From NCBI GenBank assembly GCA_963666275.2, contig CAXXOA010000002.1, positions 960,001-1,024,000 on the forward strand: 64,000 nucleotides of DNA, in the 5' to 3' direction. Made by a program: the position numbers and the translations under genes. This DNA comes from Oceanispirochaeta sp. GTDB lineage: Bacteria > Spirochaetota > Spirochaetia > DSM-2461. Below, one piece after another: positions 49,133 through 57,972 of the stretch; the first letter of the stretch is position 1; every line of letters begins with the position of its first letter. The notes under the pieces are model-generated. The model searched no databases, was not told the origin of the DNA, and worked only from the letters and a program-made list of their open reading frames with translations.

Positions 49133-50530
49133 TTAGACCATATCTTTCATGGGGTCATCAATCTTCTGATCTTTGTAGCTTCTGGGAAGAACAATATTCA
49201 GAAAAATCGCTGTCAGACCACCTGTCGTGATGGCAGAACCGAATACACCTTTGAAGAAAGGAGTAAAATGGTTCAGAATCTCAGGAACAAAGACAACTCC
49301 CAGGCCCAGGCCGAATGACAGGGCCATGATGATCACACCTCTGCGGTCGATGATACTGGAGGCAATGATTCTGATACCAGAAGCGGCGACTGTACCGAAC
49401 ATGATCAGAGTGGCTCCGCCCAGGACAGAGTTGGGGATGATCGAGAAAAGTCCTCCGATAATGGGGAAAAGGCCGAAAAGAACAAGGAGTCCCGAGATCC
49501 AGTAGCCAACGTAGCGGCTGGCAACGCCGGTCATCTGAATGACCCCGTTGTTCTGGCTGAAGGTTGTGTTGGGAAAGGAGTTGAAAATCGCCGCCAGGGC
49601 AGAGTTTATTCCATCTCCCAGAACCCCGCCGGAAATCCGTTTCACATACACATCCCCCTCAACAGGTTCTCCGGAGATCATGGATGTAGCTGTTAAATCC
49701 CCGATAGACTCAACAGTGGTAATCAGGAAAAGGAGCATCATGGGGATCAGATGCGGCCAGGAGACGGCAAAACCATAGCGGAAGGGGATCGGGGCTGTAA
49801 TAATCTTCAGAGAGGAAATCCGTGAAAAATTGACCTGACCGAGGAAGGCGGCCACAATATAACCGAGAACCAGACCGAAAACAATGGCGCCCATTCTGAG
49901 CCATTTATTTTTGCTTCTGTTGAAAATGATAATGGTAATGAGAACAATGCCCGCCAGCATCAGGTTGGTGGGGTTTGCAAAAAGATCCGGTTTGTTTGCC
50001 AGAAGCCAGGCGCCTCCGCCCACATCGGTGAGTCCCACTTTAATCAGGGAGAGACCGATACAGGTGACAACAATACCGCTGACAAGTGGAGTAATAATTT
50101 TTTTAAGCAGAGGGATGAAACGGCTGAAGATCATTTCCACAGGGGAGGCAATCAGACAGGTTCCGAAAATGGCAGCCAGCATAGCCTGTTCGCTACCGCC
50201 TGCATTCTTCACAGCAAAGCCGATACCGATACATACAGAGAGGAAGGTGAAGCTTGTTCCCTGAATACTGAGAAGACCGGACCCTACAGGACCGAATTTT
50301 CTGACCTGGATAAAAGTGGCAATACCTGAAACGAAAAGGGACATGCTGACCAGATAGGATGAAAGTTCCGGGCTGAATCCGAGCGCTCCGCTGATGACAA
50401 TCGCAGGGGTTACGATCCCGATGAAAATTGCCATCATGTGCTGGAGAGCCGCAAAAAAAGCCTTACCGGCAGAAGGTTTGTCTTCCAGTCTGAAAATCAG
50501 ATCTGTTTTTAGCTGTTGAGCATCACTCAT
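49133..50530 (-). CDS. NCS2 xanthine/uracil permease (XanP/XanQ-like)
   Basis: LQH, QGTSF, ESIGD, PNTTFSQNNGVIQMTG signature. Confidence 0.94.
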   Translation of the reverse strand: MSDAQQLKTDLIFRLEDKPSAGKAFFAALQHMMAIFIGIVTPAIVISGALGFSPELSSYLVSMSLFVSGIATFIQVRKFGPVGSGLLSIQGTSFTFLSVCIGIGFAVKNAGGSEQAMLAAIFGTCLIASPVEMIFSRFIPLLKKIITPLVSGIVVTCIGLSLIKVGLTDVGGGAWLLANKPDLFANPTNLMLAGIVLITIIIFNRSKNKWLRMGAIVFGLVLGYIVAAFLGQVNFSRISSLKIITAPIPFRYGFAVSWPHLIPMMLLFLITTVESIGDLTATSMISGEPVEGDVYVKRISGGVLGDGINSALAAIFNSFPNTTFSQNNGVIQMTGVASRYVGYWISGLLVLFGLFPIIGGLFSIIPNSVLGGATLIMFGTVAASGIRIIASSIIDRRGVIIMALSFGLGLGVVFVPEILNHFTPFFKGVFGSAITTGGLTAIFLNIVLPRSYKDQKIDDPMKDMV

Positions 50531-50615
50531 GGACGCCTCCTTTTAGGGGGAATGAAAGTATTGCCTTTATTGTAAGGGGCAAATTTCAGTTCTTGAAAGG
50601 ATTTTCTTCAGTTTT

Positions 50616-50631
50616 TTGACTAATTGGTCAA
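50616..50631. promoter_or_regulatory. RutR-like (TetR family) operator TTGACTAATTGGTCAA
   Basis: Near-perfect 16-bp palindrome matching TTGACCAnnTGGTCAA at 13 of 14 fixed positions, 85 bp upstream of the permease. Confidence 0.7.
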
Positions 50632-50680
50632 TTAATAGTGTTGAAATGGTAGATAAGAGAGAAATGGGAAGCGGGTTTAT

Positions 50681-50713
50681 AAAAAAACCCGCGATCCTGG
50701 AAGGATGCGGGTT
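50681..50713 (-). terminator. Intrinsic terminator after leuD
   Basis: Minus strand AACCCGC-ATCC...GGAT-C-GCGGG followed by TTTTTTT. Confidence 0.8.
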
Positions 50714-50738
50714 CAATGACTGTGATTCGACAGAAGAA

Positions 50739-51275
50739 TCAGTAGTTTTTATCTGCGTATCCGACCCAGCCGCCGTGGTCAACAAGGGTTCGGTCAAATC
50801 CGGAGATCGAAAAGTTCAGGGTTCTAGATTTTCCGCTCTTTGACTGGATCACAAAGCAGTTCTTTTCCAGGTCAGTGGAAAGTTCCGTTTCTTCTCCTGA
50901 AAACTCTTTGAAGAGTTCATCAATTTCCCGGGAGGAGAGCTCTACCGCCATCATTCCGCAGTTGTACATATTCTGACGGAAGATCCGGGCGAAGTTTTCG
51001 GCAATCACCAGATTTATATCATTCACTTCCAGAGCCCAGGGAGCATGTTCCCGGGAGGAACCGCATCCGAAGTTACTTTTTGTGATGATGACTTTTACAC
51101 CCTCAAGATCTTTCTGAGGATCAAATCCGTCCATTTTGAGATCTTCCAGAAGATTGGGTTTCAGGGCTTCCTTGGTAATCTCTGTCAGATACTTGGCCGG
51201 AATGATTTCATCTGTATTGATATCGGATCTGTCCAGGAACAGGACTTTTCCGTTAAAAGTTTTTTTCTGACTCAT
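50739..51275 (-). CDS. leuD: 3-isopropylmalate dehydratase small subunit
   Basis: DINTDEIIPAKYL, NFGCGSSREHAPWAL, FARIF. Confidence 0.92.
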   Translation of the reverse strand: MSQKKTFNGKVLFLDRSDINTDEIIPAKYLTEITKEALKPNLLEDLKMDGFDPQKDLEGVKVIITKSNFGCGSSREHAPWALEVNDINLVIAENFARIFRQNMYNCGMMAVELSSREIDELFKEFSGEETELSTDLEKNCFVIQSKSGKSRTLNFSISGFDRTLVDHGGWVGYADKNY

Positions 51276-51279
51276 GTTC

Positions 51280-52566
51280 TTACCCCTTGTACAGTGATGA
51301 ATTGGTGATTTTTCCCGTGATGGCCGCTGCCGCTGCCGAGGCGGGACTCATCAGGTGGACCATGCCGCCCTTACCCATTCTTCCGTTGAAGTTTCTATTG
51401 GTCGTGGAGGCACAGGCCTCTCCTTCTGCCAGAACGCCGTTGCTCATTCCCAGACAGGCTCCGCAGGTCGGATTGGTAAGACACACTCCGGCGTCCATGA
51501 AAATATCAATCAGTCCTTCTTTGAGAGCCTGTTTGTAAATGTCGGGAGTGGCCGGAGAGAGGACGACTCTGACAGAATCAGAAATGGTATTGCCCTTCAG
51601 AACCTTGGCGGCTTCCCGGAGATCTTCGATCCTTCCGTTGGTACAGCTGCCGATATAAACCTGGTTTACAGGTGTTCCTTCCATCTCGCGGATGGTTTTC
51701 ACCTGATCCGGTTTGTAGCCGAAAGTTACAACAGGTTCCAGATCGCTTACATCAAACTCAACAACACTGGCGTATTCGGCATCACTGTCGGACTGCCACT
51801 TGCTGTAGTCAGCCAGGGCTTCCTCTTTGGAGGCGTAATCCTCTTTGATGAAATCCCACAGGAAGTCTACGGTTGTCTGGTCGGGATAGCAGATCCCGCA
51901 GGTTCCCCCCGCTTCGATGGCCATGTTGCAGATGGTCATCCTCTCATCCATATTGAACTTATCAATCACAGGGCCTGTAAACTCAATCACCTTGTTGGTG
52001 GCTCCGTTCACACCCAGCTTCGCAATGATCGAAAGGATCACATCCTTGGCGTAAACACCGGGTTTCAGAGAACCGGTCACGTTGATTTTAATGGTCTGGG
52101 GAGTCAGGAAACTGCAGACTCCCTTGAGGATTCCCACTTCCAGGTCTGTGGTTCCCACACCGGCGGCAAAGGCTCCGAAAGCGCCGTGGGTACAGGTATG
52201 GGAGTCTCCCATGATGACTGTGAAACCGGGGCGGACGAAACCTTTTTCCGGGAATATGGCGTGACAGACTCCATTGCGTCCGATGTCAAAGAAGTCTTTG
52301 ATTCCCTGGCGTTTGGCCCAGTCTCTCATAATCTTGCCCTGCTCAGCGGTTTTTGAATCCTTGGCGGGGGTGACATGATCGATAACAGCCTTGATCTTAT
52401 CGGGATCAAAAACCCGGTCCATCCCTCTGCTCACCAGATCGTTGATGGCAATGGGGGTGGTGATTTCATGACAGAATACTCTGTCCAGTTTGAGAACATG
52501 AACACCCTCTTCAGGGCTGTCTACCCTATGGGCATCAAAAATCTTTTCAGCAATTGTCTTTCCCAT
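51280..52566 (-). CDS. leuC: 3-isopropylmalate dehydratase large subunit (short, homoaconitase-like type)
   Basis: MGKTIAEKI from ATG 52566 behind AGGAG; DSHTCTHGA, IGSCTNGR, CGACLG, STTNRNF. Confidence 0.92.
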   Translation of the reverse strand: MGKTIAEKIFDAHRVDSPEEGVHVLKLDRVFCHEITTPIAINDLVSRGMDRVFDPDKIKAVIDHVTPAKDSKTAEQGKIMRDWAKRQGIKDFFDIGRNGVCHAIFPEKGFVRPGFTVIMGDSHTCTHGAFGAFAAGVGTTDLEVGILKGVCSFLTPQTIKINVTGSLKPGVYAKDVILSIIAKLGVNGATNKVIEFTGPVIDKFNMDERMTICNMAIEAGGTCGICYPDQTTVDFLWDFIKEDYASKEEALADYSKWQSDSDAEYASVVEFDVSDLEPVVTFGYKPDQVKTIREMEGTPVNQVYIGSCTNGRIEDLREAAKVLKGNTISDSVRVVLSPATPDIYKQALKEGLIDIFMDAGVCLTNPTCGACLGMSNGVLAEGEACASTTNRNFNGRMGKGGMVHLMSPASAAAAAITGKITNSSLYKG

Positions 52567-52654
52567 ATTCACTCCTTGTGGTTTTTCCTGGTCTATATCT
52601 GTAAAACTGGTGTCCTCCAAAATAAAGTAAGACAACCCATGTATTCAAAATCTG

Positions 52655-53242
52655 TTATTCCGGCGAAAACATCCGGGGAGGCGTGATGATCCAGATGGCT
52701 TTGAACTCTCCCTTCCCTGTATTTACGAGAGTATGGGGGACGGAGGATGAAAAAGAGAGGCTGTCGCCTTTTTTCAGCTTATAGCTATCTGTTCCGTAAA
52801 GAAGATCCGCTTCGCCCTCCAGAATAATCCCCATTTCCCTTCCGGGATGGCCGAACTGTTCGCTCCCTTTCTCTCCCCCGGGAGCAATCTTCAGTACCAG
52901 AGTCTCTACGGCATACTCTTCATCTTCAGTCAGGGGCGGAGTCAGCAGTTCATATTTGACCTTGCCCAGCAAGAGGTTGTCCCTGTCACTTTTATGAACA
53001 ATCCTGACCTTTCTCTTTTTTCTGAAATCCCTGAAAAGGTATTCAGGATCAATATCAAGGATATCCGCCAGGTTCAGAAGCGTATCGATTGAGGGGGATA
53101 CCTTGTTGTTTTCAATCTGTGATAGCAGGCTGGCGCTGACATCCATATGATGGGCCAGTTCTTTCAGGGTCATCCCCTGGCTCTCTCTTACCCGTTTGAT
53201 CTTCTCTCCGAATCTGTATTCTGTCCTGATGGGGCGCGCCAT
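52655..53242 (-). CDS. XRE-family HTH plus cupin transcriptional regulator
   Basis: LSQIENNKVSPSIDTL; H-x-G-x-E...GDS-x-x-F-x-S-x-x-PH. Confidence 0.92.
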   Translation of the reverse strand: MARPIRTEYRFGEKIKRVRESQGMTLKELAHHMDVSASLLSQIENNKVSPSIDTLLNLADILDIDPEYLFRDFRKKRKVRIVHKSDRDNLLLGKVKYELLTPPLTEDEEYAVETLVLKIAPGGEKGSEQFGHPGREMGIILEGEADLLYGTDSYKLKKGDSLSFSSSVPHTLVNTGKGEFKAIWIITPPRMFSPE

Positions 53243-53415
53243 GAAATCCTCTGTCTGTTAATTAAAACTAAAGTTATGTAAGTATAATTAAACTATCGGA
53301 GGTTTTTCGTCAAGATCGTAGTTCCCCGGAAAAGAGTTTTTCGGGGACGGAGGATTTTCTATCGGTTTTCTTGAAAGATTTGAAGCAGCCTTCTTTTATG
53401 GCAGGTAGAAGAGGT

Positions 53416-53916
53416 ATGAGAAAAGCACGAATAATACGACCCAATGCCACATATCATGTGACAGCAAAGACAAACAGGGGAGAGTTCCTTCTGGAACCAG
53501 AGGAAGTGAAGGAGTTGTTTTCCTGTGTTGTTAATGAGGCCAGAGAGAAGTATTGTCTCCAGCTTATTCAGTTTGTAATTATGAGCAATCATGTACACCT
53601 TCTGATAAAACCGGCGGCGGACACCAATCTGTCAAAGCTTATGCAGTGGATTTTAAGTGTTTTTGCCGTAAGGTTTAATAAAATGTACGGCTTCAAAGGT
53701 CATGTGTGGTATGACCGTTTTAAAAGTAAAATTGTGGCCAGTTTCCGCCAGCTTGTAAATACATTCAATTACATCACCGATAACCCTGTCAAAGCCGGAT
53801 TGTGCCAGAAAGGCTGCGATTACCACTGGGGCGGCATGTATGAACTGAAGCGGGGCCGATTCCGGCTGCTGGATCCACCGGAAGACTGGCTGAAGCTTCT
53901 TGTGAATATTTCCTGA
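53416..53916 (+). mobile_element. REP-associated-type tyrosine (Y1/HUH) transposase
   Basis: YHVT, MSNHVHLL (HUH), LSKLMQ, GHVW-x-x-RF-x-S, YI-x-x-NPVKAGL. Confidence 0.88.
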
Positions 53917-54235
53917 AAAGCAGCTGGTTAAATAGAATCCCCTAAATTTTCATTATTTTTTGCAAATACAGTACAGCTCTGCTCTTGTCTATGTCTTATT
54001 CAGATAAAGACGCCATTTCCAGATGGGAATTTCTTCATTTCATTGATTATATTGTTGCGCCAGGTATTTATTCCTGTTGGAAGGGAATCATATATCTGCT
54101 TGTTCCGGTGTTTTGGCAATTGTTGCCTTCGTTTCCGCTATTTTTTATGGAAACGTGCCGGAAGGATTGTTCTTTACGGGGAAACAGGAGGGAAAAAACT
54201 TGTTTTTGATCCTCCGTCCCCTTTAATCAAATCAA

Positions 54236-54574
54236 TCAGTGATCGCAGAGATTACTGCCTGTCTGCAGGTTTCCCTGGAGATAACTCAGAACCACTGTTT
54301 CCGGGTTGTCGGCGGATGCTCCTGTTATCACTTCGATCCCCTGGCTGTTGAAGAGCTGCTGGGCCTTCATTCCCATGCCTCCGGCAATGACCAGGTTGAT
54401 GTTTTTCTCTCCCAGCCATTTGGGAAGGAGTCCCGGTTCGTGGGGGGGAGGTGTCAGGTAGGTAATCTCTTTAACCGAGACAGCCTCTTTGTCCGCTTCG
54501 AGAATGGCGAACTCATCACAATGTCCGAAATGGGCGCAGAGCACTTTATCCGCGCAGGGTACAGCTATTTTCAT
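54236..54574 (-). CDS. NifB/NifX-family metal-cluster-binding protein
   Basis: MKIAVP, HFGHC, PPHEPG, VIAGGMG, C-terminal CDH. Confidence 0.9.
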   Translation of the reverse strand: MKIAVPCADKVLCAHFGHCDEFAILEADKEAVSVKEITYLTPPPHEPGLLPKWLGEKNINLVIAGGMGMKAQQLFNSQGIEVITGASADNPETVVLSYLQGNLQTGSNLCDH

Positions 54575-55407
54575 TTTAAAACTCCTGTTAAACTTTTATT
54601 CAGATTTTTTGCGGCTTCACGGATTCCCCCGGCAACGGGAGATTCCAGTTCGACCGTAATGTTGCCTTTGTCGCATCTTTCGGTGAATGTCGGATCCAGG
54701 GGAAGGCTGCCCAGAAAGGGGAGGTTTTCCGCTTCGGCCATTTTCTTTCCGCCCCCGGTGGAAAAGATCTGATGGGTGCTGCCGCAGTCGGGGCAGACAA
54801 AGCCGCTCATGTTTTCAATCACCCCCAGAACGGGCAGTTCCAGTTTCCGGCAGAAGTTTATGCTTTTCCGGCAGTCCGAGAGGGAGACCTCCTGGGGCGT
54901 TGTCACAATAACGGCTCCGGTGGGATCCGGTACTGTCTGGACAGCGGAAAGGGCCTCGTCTCCGGTTCCCGGAGGAAAGTCCATGATCAGGTAGTCCAGG
55001 TCTCCCCATTCCACATCTTTCAGAAACTGGGTCAGCACGCCCTGCTTCATGGGGCCGCGCCATATGACCGCACTGTCCGGATCTTCCAGAAGGAAACCCA
55101 CGGAAATCATTTTGATTCCCCTGGTTTCCAGAGGAAACAGATTCTCTCCGTCCGACTGGAGGGGCATCCCCCGGACTCCGAACAGGGTGGGGATGCTGGG
55201 ACCGTGAAAATCCACGTCCATCAGCCCCACTTTCATCCCTTCCGCGGCAAGGCTGAGGGCCAGTGTGGCCGCCACAGAGCTTTTACCGACTCCCCCTTTA
55301 CCGGAGAGGATCATTATTTTGTTTTTGATCCGGTTCATCCGTTTTGTCAGTTTGGGGTCGCAGCTCTCTTTTGTTTCGCAGCTGCTGCAATTCTGATCAC
55401 AACTCAT
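54571..55407 (-). CDS. Mrp/NBP35 (ApbC) Fe-S carrier ATPase
   Basis: N-terminal Cys cluster; SGKGGVGKS, DVDFHGPS, WRGP, D-x-PPGTGD, ENMSGFVCPDC. Confidence 0.93.
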   Translation of the reverse strand: MSCDQNCSSCETKESCDPKLTKRMNRIKNKIMILSGKGGVGKSSVAATLALSLAAEGMKVGLMDVDFHGPSIPTLFGVRGMPLQSDGENLFPLETRGIKMISVGFLLEDPDSAVIWRGPMKQGVLTQFLKDVEWGDLDYLIMDFPPGTGDEALSAVQTVPDPTGAVIVTTPQEVSLSDCRKSINFCRKLELPVLGVIENMSGFVCPDCGSTHQIFSTGGGKKMAEAENLPFLGSLPLDPTFTERCDKGNITVELESPVAGGIREAAKNLNKSLTGVLK

Positions 55408-56260
55408 TCCATTTCTCCCATATCTGTTGTATTGCCCGGCTTACGGGCTCTATGCGGGCTTCCAGAGGGGTCTTCCCCGCCCGGAGGGCCGCAGGAACTT
55501 TCCTGTCAAAGGGAATCTCTCCCAGCCAGCGGAGGTTCAGCCTGTCGGCGGATCTCCATATCTTATCTGTCAGCACCGGATTGATATCCCCTTTGTTCAC
55601 ACAGAGCGAACCGGGAATTTCAAAGTGCTTCAGTACCTGAGCCAGCCTCTCCATGTCATGCAGGCCTGAAGGGGTCGGTTCGGTCACAATCAGAACCTGT
55701 TCGGACTGATTCAGCGAAGCCAGAACAGGGCATCCTATACCGGGCGGGCCGTCAATCAGTATCCTGTCCAGGCTCCGTTCCCGGGCGGTCTGCTCAGCCA
55801 GTTCTTTGACGCGGCTGACCAGTTTTCCCGAATTGTCTCCCCCCGGATGAAGCCGGGCGTGGATGAGCGGGCCGTTCTCTGTTTCAGACCTTATGCAGAG
55901 CCCCGAATCATGATCTTCCAGTGTAATCGCCCGGGAGGGGCAGTGATCAAAGCAGACGCCGCAGCCTTCGCAGGTATCTTCCTTTACTGTATAGACGCTG
56001 TTATTTCGCTTCACAGCATGGAAACGGCACTGTTCCAGGCATAAACCGCAGGAGCTGCATAGAGTCTGATCAACCCGGGCATGGTACCCGCTGAAAAACT
56101 TTTCCCTCATGACTTCTCTGCCCTGAAGGATCAGAGACAGGTCGGCCGCATCCACATCGCAGTCTGCCATGACGCCGTTTTTCATAAGCCGGGCGAAAGA
56201 GGCCGTGACCGTTGTTTTTCCTGCCCCCCCTTTCCCGCTGAGGACTGTCCATATCTTCAT
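55397..56260 (-). CDS. MinD-superfamily P-loop ATPase with inserted ferredoxin domain
   Basis: SGKGGAGKT, DCDVDA, two CxxCxxCxxxC motifs, DGPPGIGCP, EPTPSGLHD. Confidence 0.92.
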   Translation of the reverse strand: MKIWTVLSGKGGAGKTTVTASFARLMKNGVMADCDVDAADLSLILQGREVMREKFFSGYHARVDQTLCSSCGLCLEQCRFHAVKRNNSVYTVKEDTCEGCGVCFDHCPSRAITLEDHDSGLCIRSETENGPLIHARLHPGGDNSGKLVSRVKELAEQTARERSLDRILIDGPPGIGCPVLASLNQSEQVLIVTEPTPSGLHDMERLAQVLKHFEIPGSLCVNKGDINPVLTDKIWRSADRLNLRWLGEIPFDRKVPAALRAGKTPLEARIEPVSRAIQQIWEKWNEL

Positions 56261-57105
56261 GCTGTCAATCTCCGAATTTCTGAAAGTAGTTCCCTCATCT
56301 TCTCCGACAGATAGGGGAGTGTGTGAAAAGGGATCTCTCCCCGTGAGTATGTCTCGGCTATTTCCCTTTTATAGGGGATGGACAGGAGAAGGGGGTGGGC
56401 CCCTTCCCGGCAGTACTCTTTTATAAGATCCACGTCCTGCTCGGCCTTGTTTTCCACAATGCCATAGGGAATTCCCAGGGGGAGGATCGCTTCCACCGCC
56501 AGGGTAAGATCATGCAGTCCGAAGGGCGTTGGCTCTGTAATGAGAAGGATAAAATCACTGGAGCTTACGGTTTCCATAAAAGAGCAGGACGTTCCGGGAG
56601 GGGCATCCAGAATAACCATCTCCTCTTTCACCGGTTCTTTCAGAAGTTCCCTGATCACACGGGTTGCCTGGGCTTCTCCCACATTCATGACTCCCTGGAT
56701 CAGATTCATCCCCTCTATACGGCTTCTGCGTTTTTTTCCCGTGGTATAGTCTACCCAGGAGAGGGACCCTTCCGGGCAGGCCAGGAGGCATCCGCCGCAG
56801 CTGTGGCAGAGTTCCGGAAAAATAAGAGGTTTTGTTTTCAGTGCGGCCAGGGCGTTGAAGCGGCAGACCCGGGCGCATTTTCCGCATTCTGTACAGCTTC
56901 CGGGATCTGTAAGACCCGGGACCTGTACTGTCATCGGGGATTCTTCCCGGAGGCTCTCGGGCAGGAGAAGATGGCAGTTCGGTTCCTCCACATCACAGTC
57001 ATACAGGACGACGCTGCCTTCTGTCCGGGATATGAAGGATGCCAGTGAGACAGAGAGACTGGATTTTCCTGTGCCTCCTTTTCCGGAGGCAATAGCAATT
57101 TTCAT
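56257..57105 (-). CDS. MinD-superfamily P-loop ATPase with inserted ferredoxin domain (paralog)
   Basis: SGKGGTGKS, DCDVEEPN, two CxxCxxCxxxC motifs, DAPPGTSC, EPTPFGLHD. Confidence 0.92.
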   Translation of the reverse strand: MKIAIASGKGGTGKSSLSVSLASFISRTEGSVVLYDCDVEEPNCHLLLPESLREESPMTVQVPGLTDPGSCTECGKCARVCRFNALAALKTKPLIFPELCHSCGGCLLACPEGSLSWVDYTTGKKRRSRIEGMNLIQGVMNVGEAQATRVIRELLKEPVKEEMVILDAPPGTSCSFMETVSSSDFILLITEPTPFGLHDLTLAVEAILPLGIPYGIVENKAEQDVDLIKEYCREGAHPLLLSIPYKREIAETYSRGEIPFHTLPYLSEKMRELLSEIRRLTA

Positions 57106-57106
57106 A

Positions 57107-57472
57107 TCAGACCCAGTGACCCTCTACATCAGCCCCTTCCAGTTCTTTCAGACCATTGTCTGCAAAGAGTCTGAGGGCTTCTTCAATGGTTTTATCCGAT
57201 TCAGACTGAAACACCCGGACTCCCGCTTCCCTGAGAATCCTGAAGGCTTTGGGGCCGCAGTGCCCTGTGATCAGAACATCTGGATCCTCTGCCAGGACCG
57301 TCTGGGCCGCCTGTATTCCCGCTCCCTGCACGGCCTGCTTATTCTGTGTATTGGGGATAAAATAACCGGGTTTTTCATCGGATTCTGTAAGGAAGAACAG
57401 AGGGGCCCGTCCGAAGCGACTGTCTATCAGGCTGCCGGTTTTGTCTTCCCGGCAGGTAAGGGCTATTTTCAT
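57107..57472 (-). CDS. NifB/NifX-family metal-cluster-binding protein
   Basis: RFGRA, GAGIQAAQ, TGHCGPKAF, C-terminal VEGHW. Confidence 0.9.
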   Translation of the reverse strand: MKIALTCREDKTGSLIDSRFGRAPLFFLTESDEKPGYFIPNTQNKQAVQGAGIQAAQTVLAEDPDVLITGHCGPKAFRILREAGVRVFQSESDKTIEEALRLFADNGLKELEGADVEGHWV

Positions 57473-57493
57473 TGGAAACCTCCTGAAGGAATG

Positions 57494-57538
57494 TTATGAG
57501 AATATTCTCATAAAGATATTATGGGCATATTCTCTTTA
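57494..57538. promoter_or_regulatory. Tandem operator pair: perfect palindrome TTATGAGAATATTCTCATAA and degenerate TTATGGGCATATTCTCTTTA
   Basis: 20-bp perfect palindrome at 57494-57513 and a second copy at 57519-57538, in the divergent intergenic region. Confidence 0.75.
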
Positions 57539-57612
57539 TTTGGCAAGAGGCTGTTTCTTTTATATTGATTTTTTTTCAAGAACTGTTCAGGATTAAGTCA
57601 GGAGATAAACTG

Positions 57613-57972
57613 ATGCCCCGTCCCGCCAAAGAGAAACTTGTATGTAAACCGCCTGAAGCCTGTGTGTTCAAACCTGCAGGGATTCCCATGAGTTCCAGAA
57701 AGAAAATCATACTGTCACTGGATGAGTATGAGGCCATAAGGCTGGCCGATAACGAAGGTCTATATCAGGAGAAAGCCGCTGTGGCTATGGGGACGAGCCG
57801 CCAGACCTTTGCGAGGATTCTGGATTCGGCGCATAAAAAAGTGGCCATGGCACTGGTGGAATCCCGCCCCCTCCAGATAGAGGGGGGGAATGTTAAGTTC
57901 TGCGGTCAGGGAGGCTGCCGTCACAAGCCCGGATGTCCCAGGCTTGATGATCAGTCAGATTCCTTAGCATGA
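57613..57972 (+). CDS. DUF134-family predicted DNA-binding protein
   Basis: MPRP, FKPAG, DEYEAIRLAD, Q-x-x-AA-x-x-M-x-x-SRQTF, IEGG; ATG 57613 behind GGAG. Confidence 0.92.
   Translation: MPRPAKEKLVCKPPEACVFKPAGIPMSSRKKIILSLDEYEAIRLADNEGLYQEKAAVAMGTSRQTFARILDSAHKKVAMALVESRPLQIEGGNVKFCGQGGCRHKPGCPRLDDQSDSLA

Noticed and set aside
50531..50680. Purine riboswitch upstream of the NCS2 permease
   Set aside because: No purine aptamer core or expression-platform terminator recognised; a protein-operator palindrome explains the region better.
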